Shown here in pieces: positions 10,091-19,371 of a DNA stretch of 64,000 nucleotides; the first letter of the stretch is position 1; every line of letters starts with the position of its first letter. Source of the stretch: Candidatus Poribacteria bacterium (GTDB taxonomy: Bacteria > Poribacteria > WGA-4E > JAJDTR01); NCBI GenBank assembly GCA_965222225.1, contig CBDCTK010000002.1, positions 4,102,296 through 4,166,295 of the forward strand. Direction: 5' to 3'. A program made the position numbers and the translations under genes. Below the pieces are notes generated by a model. That model was not told the DNA's origin and did not search any database. It saw only the letters and a program-made list of their open reading frames with translations.

Positions 10091-11524
10091 ATGGCACAAC
10101 CCAATGTACTGCTTATCTGCACCGATCATTGGCCAGGACCGTTGTTGGGGACTATGGGACACGATCGGATTCTGACGCCAACGCTCAACGAACTTGCGAA
10201 CAATGGCGTATGCTTTACGCGAGCCTATACCGCGACGCCAACGTGTATCCCGGCCCGGCGCGCCTTGATGACGGGCACTACCGCCCAAACACACGGAGAT
10301 CGGGTTTTCAATGAATACCTCCCAATGGACCCCAAGCTGCCAACGATGCCGCAGACCTTCCGAAACGCGGGTTATCAAGCGTACGCAGTGGGTAAACTCC
10401 ACGTATACCCGCAACGCAATCGCATCGGTTTTGACGAAGTAATTCTCTGCGAGGAGGGGAGGCATCAATTCGGCGGGGTGGTAGACGATTTCGAGCGTTT
10501 TCTTGAACGGGAGGGCTACGCAGGATACGAATTTACCCACGCGATGGGCAGCAACGAATACTGTACGCGTCCGTGGCACTTGCCGGAGCATTGCCACCCA
10601 ACCAATTGGACCACGCGAGAAATGTGTTACACCATCCATCGCCGCGATCCCACCCGCTCAGCTTTCTGGTACTGCTCCTACACGGCACCGCATCCGCCGA
10701 TAACTCCGCCGCGCGACTATTTCGACATGTATCAACGCCCCGGTGTAGACGAACCTGTTGTCGGCGATTGGGCAAAAAATTTCGATAAGCTGCCCTATGC
10801 GCTCAAGATGCATATTGAGAGAATCTCTGCCCCGAATCCTACCGAGACGATTCTGGCTCGGATGGGATTCTATGCGCAGTGCACCTATATTGACCACCAG
10901 ATTCGACTCTTGATTGGAACACTGCGCGAAGAGGGGGTATTGGACAACACAATCGTTATGTTGGTTTCGGATCATGGCGACATGCTTGGCAACCACAATC
11001 TGTGGGCGAAACCACCAATGTTTGAGTGGTCTGCGAGAATCCCAATGGTTCTTATGCCAACAGCCGATTGTGATCGTATCGGACACCACCGGAGAGATGA
11101 TCGTCTAGCGGAGTTACGAGATGTGATGCCCACGCTGTTGGATCTGTGTGACATCCCGATACCGGGGACGGTGGAGGGGTATTCGTTGGCGTCGAACGAG
11201 CAGCGCGATCATCTTTACTGCGAACACTATGAAGACGAGAGAGCCATGCGAATGATTCGATCCGAGCAGTACAAACTCATCTGGTATCCAACCGGCAATC
11301 GAGTTCAACTCTTCGACCTCGAAAAGGATCCGCAGGAGATGTACAACCTCTCCGATTTCCCCAAATATGCGGATGTACGCGAGCGCTTAACAGATCTGCT
11401 AATTCAGAACCTCTATGGCCGCGATCTAGAGTGGGTAAAAGATGGACGGCTGGTGGGAGAGCCGGACAAACTGTTCGTGTCTTCACCAAATCGTGATTTG
11501 GCTGGGCAGCGCGGCTGGCGGTGA
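10091..11524 (+). CDS. sulfatase (arylsulfatase family, formylglycine-dependent)
   Basis: LLICTDH...TPTCIPARRALMTGT contains the C-x-P-x-R formylglycine motif; sulfatase N-terminal domain. Confidence 0.85.
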   Translation: MAQPNVLLICTDHWPGPLLGTMGHDRILTPTLNELANNGVCFTRAYTATPTCIPARRALMTGTTAQTHGDRVFNEYLPMDPKLPTMPQTFRNAGYQAYAVGKLHVYPQRNRIGFDEVILCEEGRHQFGGVVDDFERFLEREGYAGYEFTHAMGSNEYCTRPWHLPEHCHPTNWTTREMCYTIHRRDPTRSAFWYCSYTAPHPPITPPRDYFDMYQRPGVDEPVVGDWAKNFDKLPYALKMHIERISAPNPTETILARMGFYAQCTYIDHQIRLLIGTLREEGVLDNTIVMLVSDHGDMLGNHNLWAKPPMFEWSARIPMVLMPTADCDRIGHHRRDDRLAELRDVMPTLLDLCDIPIPGTVEGYSLASNEQRDHLYCEHYEDERAMRMIRSEQYKLIWYPTGNRVQLFDLEKDPQEMYNLSDFPKYADVRERLTDLLIQNLYGRDLEWVKDGRLVGEPDKLFVSSPNRDLAGQRGWR

Positions 11525-11569
11525 ATCAGGTTTTGTAGTGAAATCAATAACTGTTAATACACTGTGGTA

Positions 11570-11600
11570 GGTTCGGTTTCCTAACCGAACCGGTATTTAT
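11570..11600 (+). terminator. rho-independent terminator candidate downstream of the sulfatase gene
   Basis: perfect 9-bp stem GGTTCGGTT / AACCGAACC with TCCT loop (11570-11591) followed by GGTATTTAT. Confidence 0.45.
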
Positions 11601-11623
11601 CCAGTCTCGTAGAGCGGTTGGAA

Positions 11624-11668
11624 AGAGATCTCTGTCGCCCTTGCTGTTCACTCGGTTGATTGCCTACC
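11624..11668 (-). repeat. copy of modular dispersed repeat (reverse orientation)
   Basis: revcomp reads CGGTAGGCAATCAACCGAGTGAACAGCAAGGGCGACAGAGATCTCT. Confidence 0.5.
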
Positions 11669-11764
11669 GAAATATGTGTAAATATGAATGGAATTGACTA
11701 TAATCGGGAACGTGAATTGAAGGTGTGTCGTTTTGAAATGGTAAAGGTAGGGCTTACTTGATGC

Positions 11765-12776
11765 TTACTGCGCTGATTTGATGTCGTAGTCAACCAATTC
11801 TGCGATCCCGTTAGGAGTTTCGATTTTGACAGGGCCGACACTTGGGGCGAGCCACATCGTTTGCAAATTCAGGTTTTGCATTAGACTCGGAAGGAGTTTT
11901 GTTAGTTCGCTGTTAAGCTCATCTTCCAAATGCTCAAGGAGCGCCTTGTTTTGGTCTTTAGTATAATCGCGGGCATTCCACGCGCCTATTTCATACACCA
12001 GCGTTTCGACAGGCGTTGCCTCTGCGCTATATTCAAGTTTCAGACAGTTCTCGAATCTGCCTGTGGACGTCGTTACCGCGGGCTCAAAAGACGTAGTTCC
12101 CCATATACGTATGTCAACTTCAAAATCGTGGATGTAATTTCTAGGGATAAAGTTGTAGTACCCAGTTATCGTCATATGAATTACTTTTCTTTTTTGGGGG
12201 TAATCGGGTGGGAAATGCAGCAAAGTAAAATCACTGTGCTCAATGACCTTTATTTTGGAGTAAAACAGGAAGACTAAGACGCTGTCGTGTGCTTTTGGTG
12301 TGGTCCACACTCCGTTAATGTATACATGATGGCGTCTTCCAAAGCCCGAGGAATCGTCTTCGCTCTGCAGGACAGTTTGCCAAATAGCGTCGTTTATGTC
12401 GTTTTTCTTGTTTAGGAGGAAAATGCCGTCTGAGGCAACCACATTAGGTAGGTGATTTGATAAAATCGGGATGCTTGTCTGCGAGAGGCGGATTATAGGT
12501 GAAAGAATAGTAGGAATCGTGCTCAATAATTTCCGACTGGGCGACCTCGCGCGACCATTCGGAGCCGTCGGGATTTCGGTAAACCCAGCGGTTACCGAGA
12601 GACATGGGAAAATAAATGGTGGACGCGTCGGCACTACTTTCCCCGCCCAAGGTTGTACCTCTGATGTTGTCGATTGGTTCGTCACCACAGCCAAAAGACA
12701 ATAGGATAACGGCAAAGGCAACAACTAGCGTAAAACAGCGAGGAACTGTAGGTGTAAACGGGGTGCGATGGAGCAT
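11765..12776 (-). pseudogene. lipoprotein paralog A (frameshift near 12445 splits it into 12444..12776 and 11765..12724)
   Basis: N-terminal piece has lipobox LLSFGCGDEP and ends ...HPDFIKSPT, exactly where intact paralog B continues YVVAPDGIFLLNKKNDINDAVWQTVLQS; the continuation VVASDGIFLLNKKNDINDAIWQTVLQS is in the other frame. Confidence 0.55.
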
Positions 12777-12782
12777 CTCACT

Positions 12783-13796
12783 CTAGGGTGCTATCTGGTA
12801 GTCAATCAATTCGGCGATGCCGTTAGGAGTTTCGATTTTTACGGGACCGACGTCCGGGGCGAGCCACATGGTTTGCAAATTGAGGTTTTGCATTAGACTC
12901 GTAAGAAGCTTTGTTAGTTCGCTGTTAAGCTCATCTTCTAAATGCTCAAGAAGCGACTTGTGTTTGCCTTCATCCCAGCGGGCATTCCGCCCGCCTATTT
13001 CATACAGCAGCGTTTCGACAGGCGTTGCCTCCACGCTGTATTCAAGTTTCAGACAGTTCTCGAATCTGCCTATGGACGTCGTTACCACGGGCTCAAAAGA
13101 TGTGGTATTCCATATACGCACTTTAGCTTCAAAACCGTGGACGTAACTCCTAGGGTCGTGGTCGTCGTCGTTGTTCCCACTTATCGTCATACGGATTACT
13201 TTACTCGTTTGGGTGTAATGGGTGTAATCGGACGGGAAATGCAGCAAAGCAAAATCACTGTGCTCAGTAACCTTTATTCTGGAGTAACCCAGGAAGACTA
13301 ACATGTCTTCGTGCTCTCGTCGTGTGGTCCACACTCCTTTACTGTATTTCTGCGAAAATCCCCAGCCCGTGCCCAGGCTCTGCAGGACAGTTTGCCAAAC
13401 AGCGTCGTTTATGTCGTTTTTCTTGTTTAGGAGGAAAATGCCGTCTGGTGCAACGACATAGGTAGGCGATTTGATAAAATCGGGATGCTTGTCTGCGAGT
13501 GGCGGATTGTAGGTGAAAGAATGGTAGGAATTGTGCTCAATAATTTCCGACTGGACCTGGACGATCTCGCGCGACCATTCGGAGCCGTCGGGGGTTCGGT
13601 AAACCCAGCGGTTACCGGTAGACATGGGGAAGTAAATCGTGGAGGGTGGGTCGTCACTACTTTCCTCGTCCGAGGTTCTGGTGTTGTCGATTGGTTCGTC
13701 GCTGCATCCAAAAGACAGTAGGATAACAGCAAAGGCAACAACTAGCGTAAAATAGCGAGGGGTTGTAGGTGTAAACATTATTGCCTCCAAGGCCAT
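12783..13796 (-). CDS. lipoprotein paralog B (unknown function)
   Basis: signal peptide plus lipobox VAFAVILLSFGCSDEP; about 75% identical to paralog A over 300 aa; no recognised domain. Confidence 0.55.
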   Translation of the reverse strand: MALEAIMFTPTTPRYFTLVVAFAVILLSFGCSDEPIDNTRTSDEESSDDPPSTIYFPMSTGNRWVYRTPDGSEWSREIVQVQSEIIEHNSYHSFTYNPPLADKHPDFIKSPTYVVAPDGIFLLNKKNDINDAVWQTVLQSLGTGWGFSQKYSKGVWTTRREHEDMLVFLGYSRIKVTEHSDFALLHFPSDYTHYTQTSKVIRMTISGNNDDDHDPRSYVHGFEAKVRIWNTTSFEPVVTTSIGRFENCLKLEYSVEATPVETLLYEIGGRNARWDEGKHKSLLEHLEDELNSELTKLLTSLMQNLNLQTMWLAPDVGPVKIETPNGIAELIDYQIAP

Positions 13797-13853
13797 CTAG
13801 TAAACGCCTCGGTACGCCAAGGCGTTTACTAGACACCAAGTTATGCCCCATCT

Positions 13854-14248
13854 TTAGGGAAAATGATTCTCACACGCATTGGCCTCCTCCTCTATTTCTT
13901 CTCTTGTACCGTCGGGGTGTTGAATGGTGCGCCATCCATCGACGTGAGATGACGCATGAGCGTCGGTGTTTACGTGCTTCTTATGTTTATGGGCAGTAAT
14001 GGTGCCGCCGCCATTAGCATAGTTCCAACCCTCCTTGTCCTTGTCCTTGTCGGTACCAACTCTTGCATACACCTCCCAAAATCCATTGTTAAGCCCATAA
14101 TTAGACGCATAAGCGTCTGCATAAGTCCTAGGCGCACTACCGCTGTTTGTGATCCTGCACCTTGGTAAATACTCCATGAATATGCGATTTTGACGATTGT
14201 GAAGGCCAGGAATAAGGCTGGAATAGCGAACATAATGAGTTTCTTCAT
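13854..14248 (-). CDS. small secreted protein candidate; signal peptide (13970..14248 frame) and hydrophilic mature part (13854..14177 frame) lie in different frames
   Basis: MKKLIMFAIPALFLAFTIVKIAYS is a signal peptide; the overlapping frame encodes a Gly/Asn/His/Asp-rich hydrophilic polypeptide; either two genes or one frameshifted gene. Confidence 0.3.
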
Positions 14249-14274
14249 AGTATTTTTCCTTCTGTTAAAAGATG

Positions 14275-15183
14275 TTAATCTTCCTCAGCGAGAAAGGTGT
14301 CGGGGTAATACCCGGCATCTGCATAATCAACAAATTTCACACCCGGGTATTTGTTCTTCCACTCTCCCGTGATGAAATCGTCAGTGTCGAATGGCCTAGC
14401 CTGCGATCCTAATGAAGATACAATCATCCTGAATGTGACGACATTTCCATCTCCATTATCAATAATCTCGTCTGCCCATTGGACATACAGTACATCAGGG
14501 TAGATAGGATAGACTTTGCCATCGTTGTGTCCGAAAGCGCCATCTATAAAACCGCGTTCTCCCTGATTCCAGAGTTTTATCAAGACACGGCATATCAACT
14601 CGTGTTCGGGCATGTCTCCCTTTTTGTAGCCGGGCATGCCTAACCAGACGGGTATGAGGTGTGAGGGAAAACCTTCGGGAACGGGTGGGAAATCGCTGTT
14701 TTCCTCGGCGGCTTCCTCATCAAGCGCCAGCAACACGGCTTCAAAATCTGTATCATCAAAGTCGTTGTCTTGGCTTAACGACTCTGTGCTGGCGAATTCG
14801 AGACTGGCGGTGGTTGTACTATCCGTTGTAGATTCATCACCGGACGCCTTCGGTGCATAGGCGCGCTTTGGTGGCTGCAAAGCACGCTTGAGGATCTCGG
14901 CACGCTCCGGATTAGGCTTAGGCAAGGCATAAACCGTCTTGGGTTCGACAGGTTGGCTCGCACGCCATACCAAGAATGTACCTAGCGCGACACAAAGCAA
15001 CACAACTAGAACGCCGGCATATAGGCAGTACTTCTTAACGAAAACCATATTAGCTATCGCCCTCCCTATTCGGTCGGTTGATCCTTTCTCACTGAGTGGA
15101 ATTGAAGCACCGAGATCCATTAATGACAAATCAACGATTCTCCGCAAAGCAAAGAATCCGGTTTGAGATAACCATCCGTTCAT
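14275..15183 (-). CDS. membrane-anchored hypothetical protein (likely true start at internal Met, 15048)
   Basis: single N-terminal TM YCLYAGVLVVLLCVALGTFLVW after MVFVKK; acidic low-complexity linker; C-terminal globular domain of unknown family. Confidence 0.5.
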   Translation of the reverse strand: MNGWLSQTGFFALRRIVDLSLMDLGASIPLSEKGSTDRIGRAIANMVFVKKYCLYAGVLVVLLCVALGTFLVWRASQPVEPKTVYALPKPNPERAEILKRALQPPKRAYAPKASGDESTTDSTTTASLEFASTESLSQDNDFDDTDFEAVLLALDEEAAEENSDFPPVPEGFPSHLIPVWLGMPGYKKGDMPEHELICRVLIKLWNQGERGFIDGAFGHNDGKVYPIYPDVLYVQWADEIIDNGDGNVVTFRMIVSSLGSQARPFDTDDFITGEWKNKYPGVKFVDYADAGYYPDTFLAEED

Positions 15184-15549
15184 GCGGAACGGCTATCGAC
15201 TCACGTTTCGTTAATGTATTACCGCAAACCCTATGCCAAAACCGAAAACAGACACGAATTTGACGCCGGTGAAGCCGTTGCGTCTAGGCATGGTGCGGGT
15301 TCAGGAACTTTTCAGGCGAGGGAGACGGAATCCTACGGCAAGGCAGAAAGGGGTGGGATGTTTTGTCGAGTCAGTTCGGGAAAATGGGCTTAAGAGGTGT
15401 TTCAACTCTTGCCAGCAAAGGATTTCAAGCAAAATCAGACAAAATGTCCCCAAAAGCCACATTGTCACACCCTTTTGAGACGAGTGGTCGCGCGGCAGGA
15501 ATGAATGCGTATAGAACAGCAAGTGAAGTTGGGAAAAGCAAACACCTCC

Positions 15550-16090
15550 TCAGGCTTTGCCTTCAGACTTTCGCATGCGGTTTACGCGCTTGGTTAACGC
15601 CTCTCTTGAAATACTCAAGAGTCGAGCCGCAATGGTCTGCTTTCCATCGGCGCGCTTAAGCGCCTCCTCAATCACGAGTGGTTCTACTTCTTTCAACGAG
15701 GGCAGGTTTCGCGCGCGAGCTAATGTCTCGGTAAACCCGACCTCCCTCGCTCCGGTCACGGTGTCCTTGTGCAAAGCAGAAGTTTGTTCGTCAATCGCTT
15801 CCCGAAAAGGTTCTGTGGACAGTACGCCGCCTTTGTGCTGACTCACGGCGTCGTGCACCATCGCCTCAAGCTCTCTGATGTTTCCGGGGAAGTGGTAGGT
15901 CCCAAGCAGCGTAAAGAGCTCCGGTGGAGGCGTAGGCGTTTTTTGCCAAGCGCATTGCCGGATTGTTTGAGGAAATGGGATACGAGCAAAGGAATGTTCC
16001 CCTTGCGCTCACGCAGCGGAGGCAAAAGTACAGGTCTTCGCGGAAAGTTCCGCCCGCTGTCAGAAATTCAATCGTCCGATCCGTCGTCAC
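15550..16090 (-). pseudogene. sigma-54-dependent transcriptional activator (NtrC/Fis family), 5'-truncated and frameshifted remnant
   Basis: three frame pieces: GTFREDLYF (FREDLYYRL motif), PPLRERKGNIPLLVSHFLKQ (ESR/RER... sigma54-interaction C-region), and NIRELEAMVHDAVSQ...KQTIAARLLSISREALTKRVNRM (Fis-type HTH); Walker A, GAFTGA and receiver domain absent. Confidence 0.65.
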
Positions 16091-16294
16091 AACCGTTGGC
16101 GGCGCTCAATAATTAGCCGATTGATGCAGCCGCTTCTGGTCAAAAAATCGCCGTAGTCTCTCAATTGACGAGAAGCTAGGTTCAACCAAGTCATAATCGT
16201 TAAGATTAACCTCCTCATGCTTGACACTACTCCAAATCTATCCAGCCGAGGTACCACTGTCTGCTTTTCGGCGTAAGGCCTGGTTCTCTCCCCG

Positions 16295-18262
16295 TTACCA
16301 CCACGCGGTGAAGTTGTAGGTCTGGGTTTTAAACACAATTCCAAAAAGCGCCCAGAAACCCCCCACCGCAAATTCGCCCAAAATCATGCCGAAGAATAGG
16401 GGCAGCACTTGTCGATGCAACTTCAATCCGCCGTGTCTTAAAACCAGCCACTTAATCAGCCACGCCAGGAAGAACATCGACCAAAGATCCCGCATTCCGT
16501 ATGTACTGGATACTGCGTACCCCGCCGGGTGAAAGGGCCACCAGAGGAATTGCCACCGCATAACCATCAGGAAGATTCCGAACAACAGACCGTATGCAAA
16601 GAATCCCATGCCCATAAAATCTGTTGATGTCGGATAGGTCAACCATCCCTGTAAACGCTTGAACGGTTCTAGCCCGGCCCAAGTCATGGTAACGCCACTG
16701 TGTTGATACGCCGAATCCAATACCGCCCAAAAGGCGACCACCGTGCCAAGCACCGTGGCAATCAGCATAGCGAGAAGGACACGACGGTTGTTCATCCGCG
16801 ATTGATCGGCAAGCTTGAATCCCTCAAGTTGATGCGGCATGACATCGCTGTAGTGGGCACGGGTGAGGAACCAGAAGAAAGATAGAACAGACAGGTTACC
16901 CGGGCCTAATTTTCGTGTGCCCATTGCACCTACCATGAGGTATTCCGGTCCTGCGAAGTGTAGGTCGTGGATAGGGGAGCCTACCTCGGCACGGATCCGG
17001 GTAATGCCGATTTCCGTCATCAAGTACAGTGCGAAAAAGATTCCCGCTGCCCACATGGACATGCCCGCCTTCCAGCAGAACACCACTAGAAAAGCAAAGC
17101 CAAATATCAACCCAAGCACGGCGGTTCGATAACGAAGCGGCTCCGCAGCCCCAGCATCTCTGTGTTCTCGCGCACCAAGATGCAGTATCGATCTGAATAG
17201 TCGTGCCAAATGCCCTCGACCGATCCACAAGGCGATGACGAAAAGCGCGATGTACGCTCCCGTGCTCTGCTCCGGAAATTCCGGACGCTGGCGAAAGCCC
17301 ATCGCGCTGCCCAAGACTAACTGTGCTTTCCAAAAGAAGAAAAAGAACCAGCAGGAGAAAGCTATGTCGAGCGGAATGAGAAAGATGAGCCCCAACATAA
17401 ACGGACGGAAGGTCAGCGCCATATGACCTATGGCATCCCACGGCTTTGTTGTAAATAGAGTGCCTAGATTAATCGGTTTGAACCGAAGGTATGGAATCGA
17501 GGGAAAGAAGAAGTGAAACCCGTTAATCATTCCGATTAGGCTTACCACGCAGAAACTAATCAAAAACAGCCTATTCGTGAACAGTTTGGATGCGGGGTTC
17601 GTCATCTGGAAGGGGAGTTGAACAATCGGGAATGACAATCGCTCCCGATCCGACCACTGCTTGCGAATGATTATATTGACACAGATCATCACAAACATCA
17701 ATACACATATAAAGGCAGACCATATGAGTACCGGCGCTAGCCACGCTTCGATGTGTCGTGCGGTATAAAGGGACGATTCCGTTTTTACCCCTGTGATGTA
17801 CCCATCCAGAGTCCACTGGTCGGTGATGGCAAGCCATTTGGGAATGTAGCGGCCGAAGAGTTCGCTCCATTCGTTCTCCGGGGTGGCCAAGCCAAACGGG
17901 GCAGCCATAGTCGGCGGCAGGATTTGAATCATGCTGTGACCGACCAGCGCTGCCGACTGGCTCAGCATAATGTAGAGCGTGACCAGTTCGCCCTGGCGAA
18001 AAACCAGTTTGGGAGAGATTTTTCGCAGCGGGATGTTAAGAACGATTAGGATGAGTAGGTTGAAGACGACGTTGAAAAAGAGCGCAACGAGTGTCGAGTG
18101 GGCGGAATAGTAGATCGCTTCCATCTGCATGATCCAGTATGAGTTTAGCGGGATCAGCAGAATGGCGATCAGTATTGCGCGCCACGTCACAGCAGTGTCC
18201 TGATTTGGTTTGTCAAGGGTCATGTTCTGCGATTTTCCTCCGGCGTTCCGATAATCATCCAT
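16295..18262 (-). CDS. large polytopic integral membrane protein of unknown function (655 aa, at least 14 TM)
   Basis: continuous ORF, very hydrophobic, Trp/Phe-rich helices; no motif I can assign. Confidence 0.65.
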   Translation of the reverse strand: MDDYRNAGGKSQNMTLDKPNQDTAVTWRAILIAILLIPLNSYWIMQMEAIYYSAHSTLVALFFNVVFNLLILIVLNIPLRKISPKLVFRQGELVTLYIMLSQSAALVGHSMIQILPPTMAAPFGLATPENEWSELFGRYIPKWLAITDQWTLDGYITGVKTESSLYTARHIEAWLAPVLIWSAFICVLMFVMICVNIIIRKQWSDRERLSFPIVQLPFQMTNPASKLFTNRLFLISFCVVSLIGMINGFHFFFPSIPYLRFKPINLGTLFTTKPWDAIGHMALTFRPFMLGLIFLIPLDIAFSCWFFFFFWKAQLVLGSAMGFRQRPEFPEQSTGAYIALFVIALWIGRGHLARLFRSILHLGAREHRDAGAAEPLRYRTAVLGLIFGFAFLVVFCWKAGMSMWAAGIFFALYLMTEIGITRIRAEVGSPIHDLHFAGPEYLMVGAMGTRKLGPGNLSVLSFFWFLTRAHYSDVMPHQLEGFKLADQSRMNNRRVLLAMLIATVLGTVVAFWAVLDSAYQHSGVTMTWAGLEPFKRLQGWLTYPTSTDFMGMGFFAYGLLFGIFLMVMRWQFLWWPFHPAGYAVSSTYGMRDLWSMFFLAWLIKWLVLRHGGLKLHRQVLPLFFGMILGEFAVGGFWALFGIVFKTQTYNFTAWW

Positions 18263-18295
18263 TCTGAAAGGATCTCTATCGCCTTCGCTATCCGA

Positions 18296-19258
18296 TCAGT
18301 TGATTTGATTTACCGGACTGCGGGGTTTCTGACCTTGCAGAACACGCACTACCTCTTCCGCTCCTCTCGTTCGCATATCTTCCATCGATTCTTCCGAATA
18401 CCAGGCGCTGTGCGGCGTAATCCACACCCGTTCTTCGTGCAGAAGTGGATGGTCAACCGGTGGAGGTTCAGCCGACAGCACGTCAAGCGCTGCTCCTGCA
18501 ATCTGTCCGGACCTTACGGCTTCAAGCAACGCATCCTCGTCAATCAATGCACCGCGAGCGGTGTTGATTAGGAAGGCTGTGGGTTTCATCAATGAAAGCG
18601 ATTTGGAATTGATGATGTGCCGCGTTCCCTCTGTTAGCGGCACGTGTAGAGAGATATAATCCGATGTGCGCAGCAGCGTCTCCCAATCAACCAACTGAGC
18701 GTCGGAGGATTCAGGGGGCAACGAATCCAGGTAGGGATCGTGAACAACCACTTCTAGACCGAGACCGCGAGCCTTACTGCCTACTGCTCGACCAATACGC
18801 CCGAAACCCAACAAACCGAGCGTTTGTCCTTGAAGTCGGCGAATGGGCGCAACGACCTTGTTTCCCCATTCACCTCTACGAGTCGATTCGAGCAGACGTG
18901 GGAAACCGCGTGCGTGAGCCAATAGGGACGCGATGGCGTGAGTCGAAACCTCATCAACTGCGTAGTCGGGGACGTAGGTCACCCAAATACCGTGTTTGGT
19001 GGCTGCATCGATATCAATGGCATCAAGTCCGGTTCCCACCCTGCTGATAATCCGGCAACGCTCCATGGTGGCTATTAGCTCGGCAGGAACGGGTTGAAGG
19101 GTGACCATCAGTGCGTCAGCCTGTGCTACGACTTCACGTGAGGCAGGTGTGTCGAGACTACCTAGATGTGACACATTTGCGTCAATCGTACTTAACATTT
19201 CCTCCTCTATCCGGATGTCGCCGAATCCGGGATATGCAATTACAACAGTTGGTGCCAT
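18296..19258 (-). CDS. D-isomer-specific 2-hydroxyacid dehydrogenase (NAD-binding)
   Basis: GLLGFGRIGRAVGSKARGLGLEVVVHDP Rossmann motif and catalytic-domain architecture of the PGDH/glyoxylate reductase family. Confidence 0.85.
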   Translation of the reverse strand: MAPTVVIAYPGFGDIRIEEEMLSTIDANVSHLGSLDTPASREVVAQADALMVTLQPVPAELIATMERCRIISRVGTGLDAIDIDAATKHGIWVTYVPDYAVDEVSTHAIASLLAHARGFPRLLESTRRGEWGNKVVAPIRRLQGQTLGLLGFGRIGRAVGSKARGLGLEVVVHDPYLDSLPPESSDAQLVDWETLLRTSDYISLHVPLTEGTRHIINSKSLSLMKPTAFLINTARGALIDEDALLEAVRSGQIAGAALDVLSAEPPPVDHPLLHEERVWITPHSAWYSEESMEDMRTRGAEEVVRVLQGQKPRSPVNQIN

Positions 19259-19371
19259 TTGCTATATGCTCCTTCTTTATGGATTGTTTGGTAGTAACTC
19301 CCTGCGGTAGTTATTCGATTCTCCGCGTAATGGGGGCGATTGTCCGAAATTACTCCTGTCGTTCTCTACAA

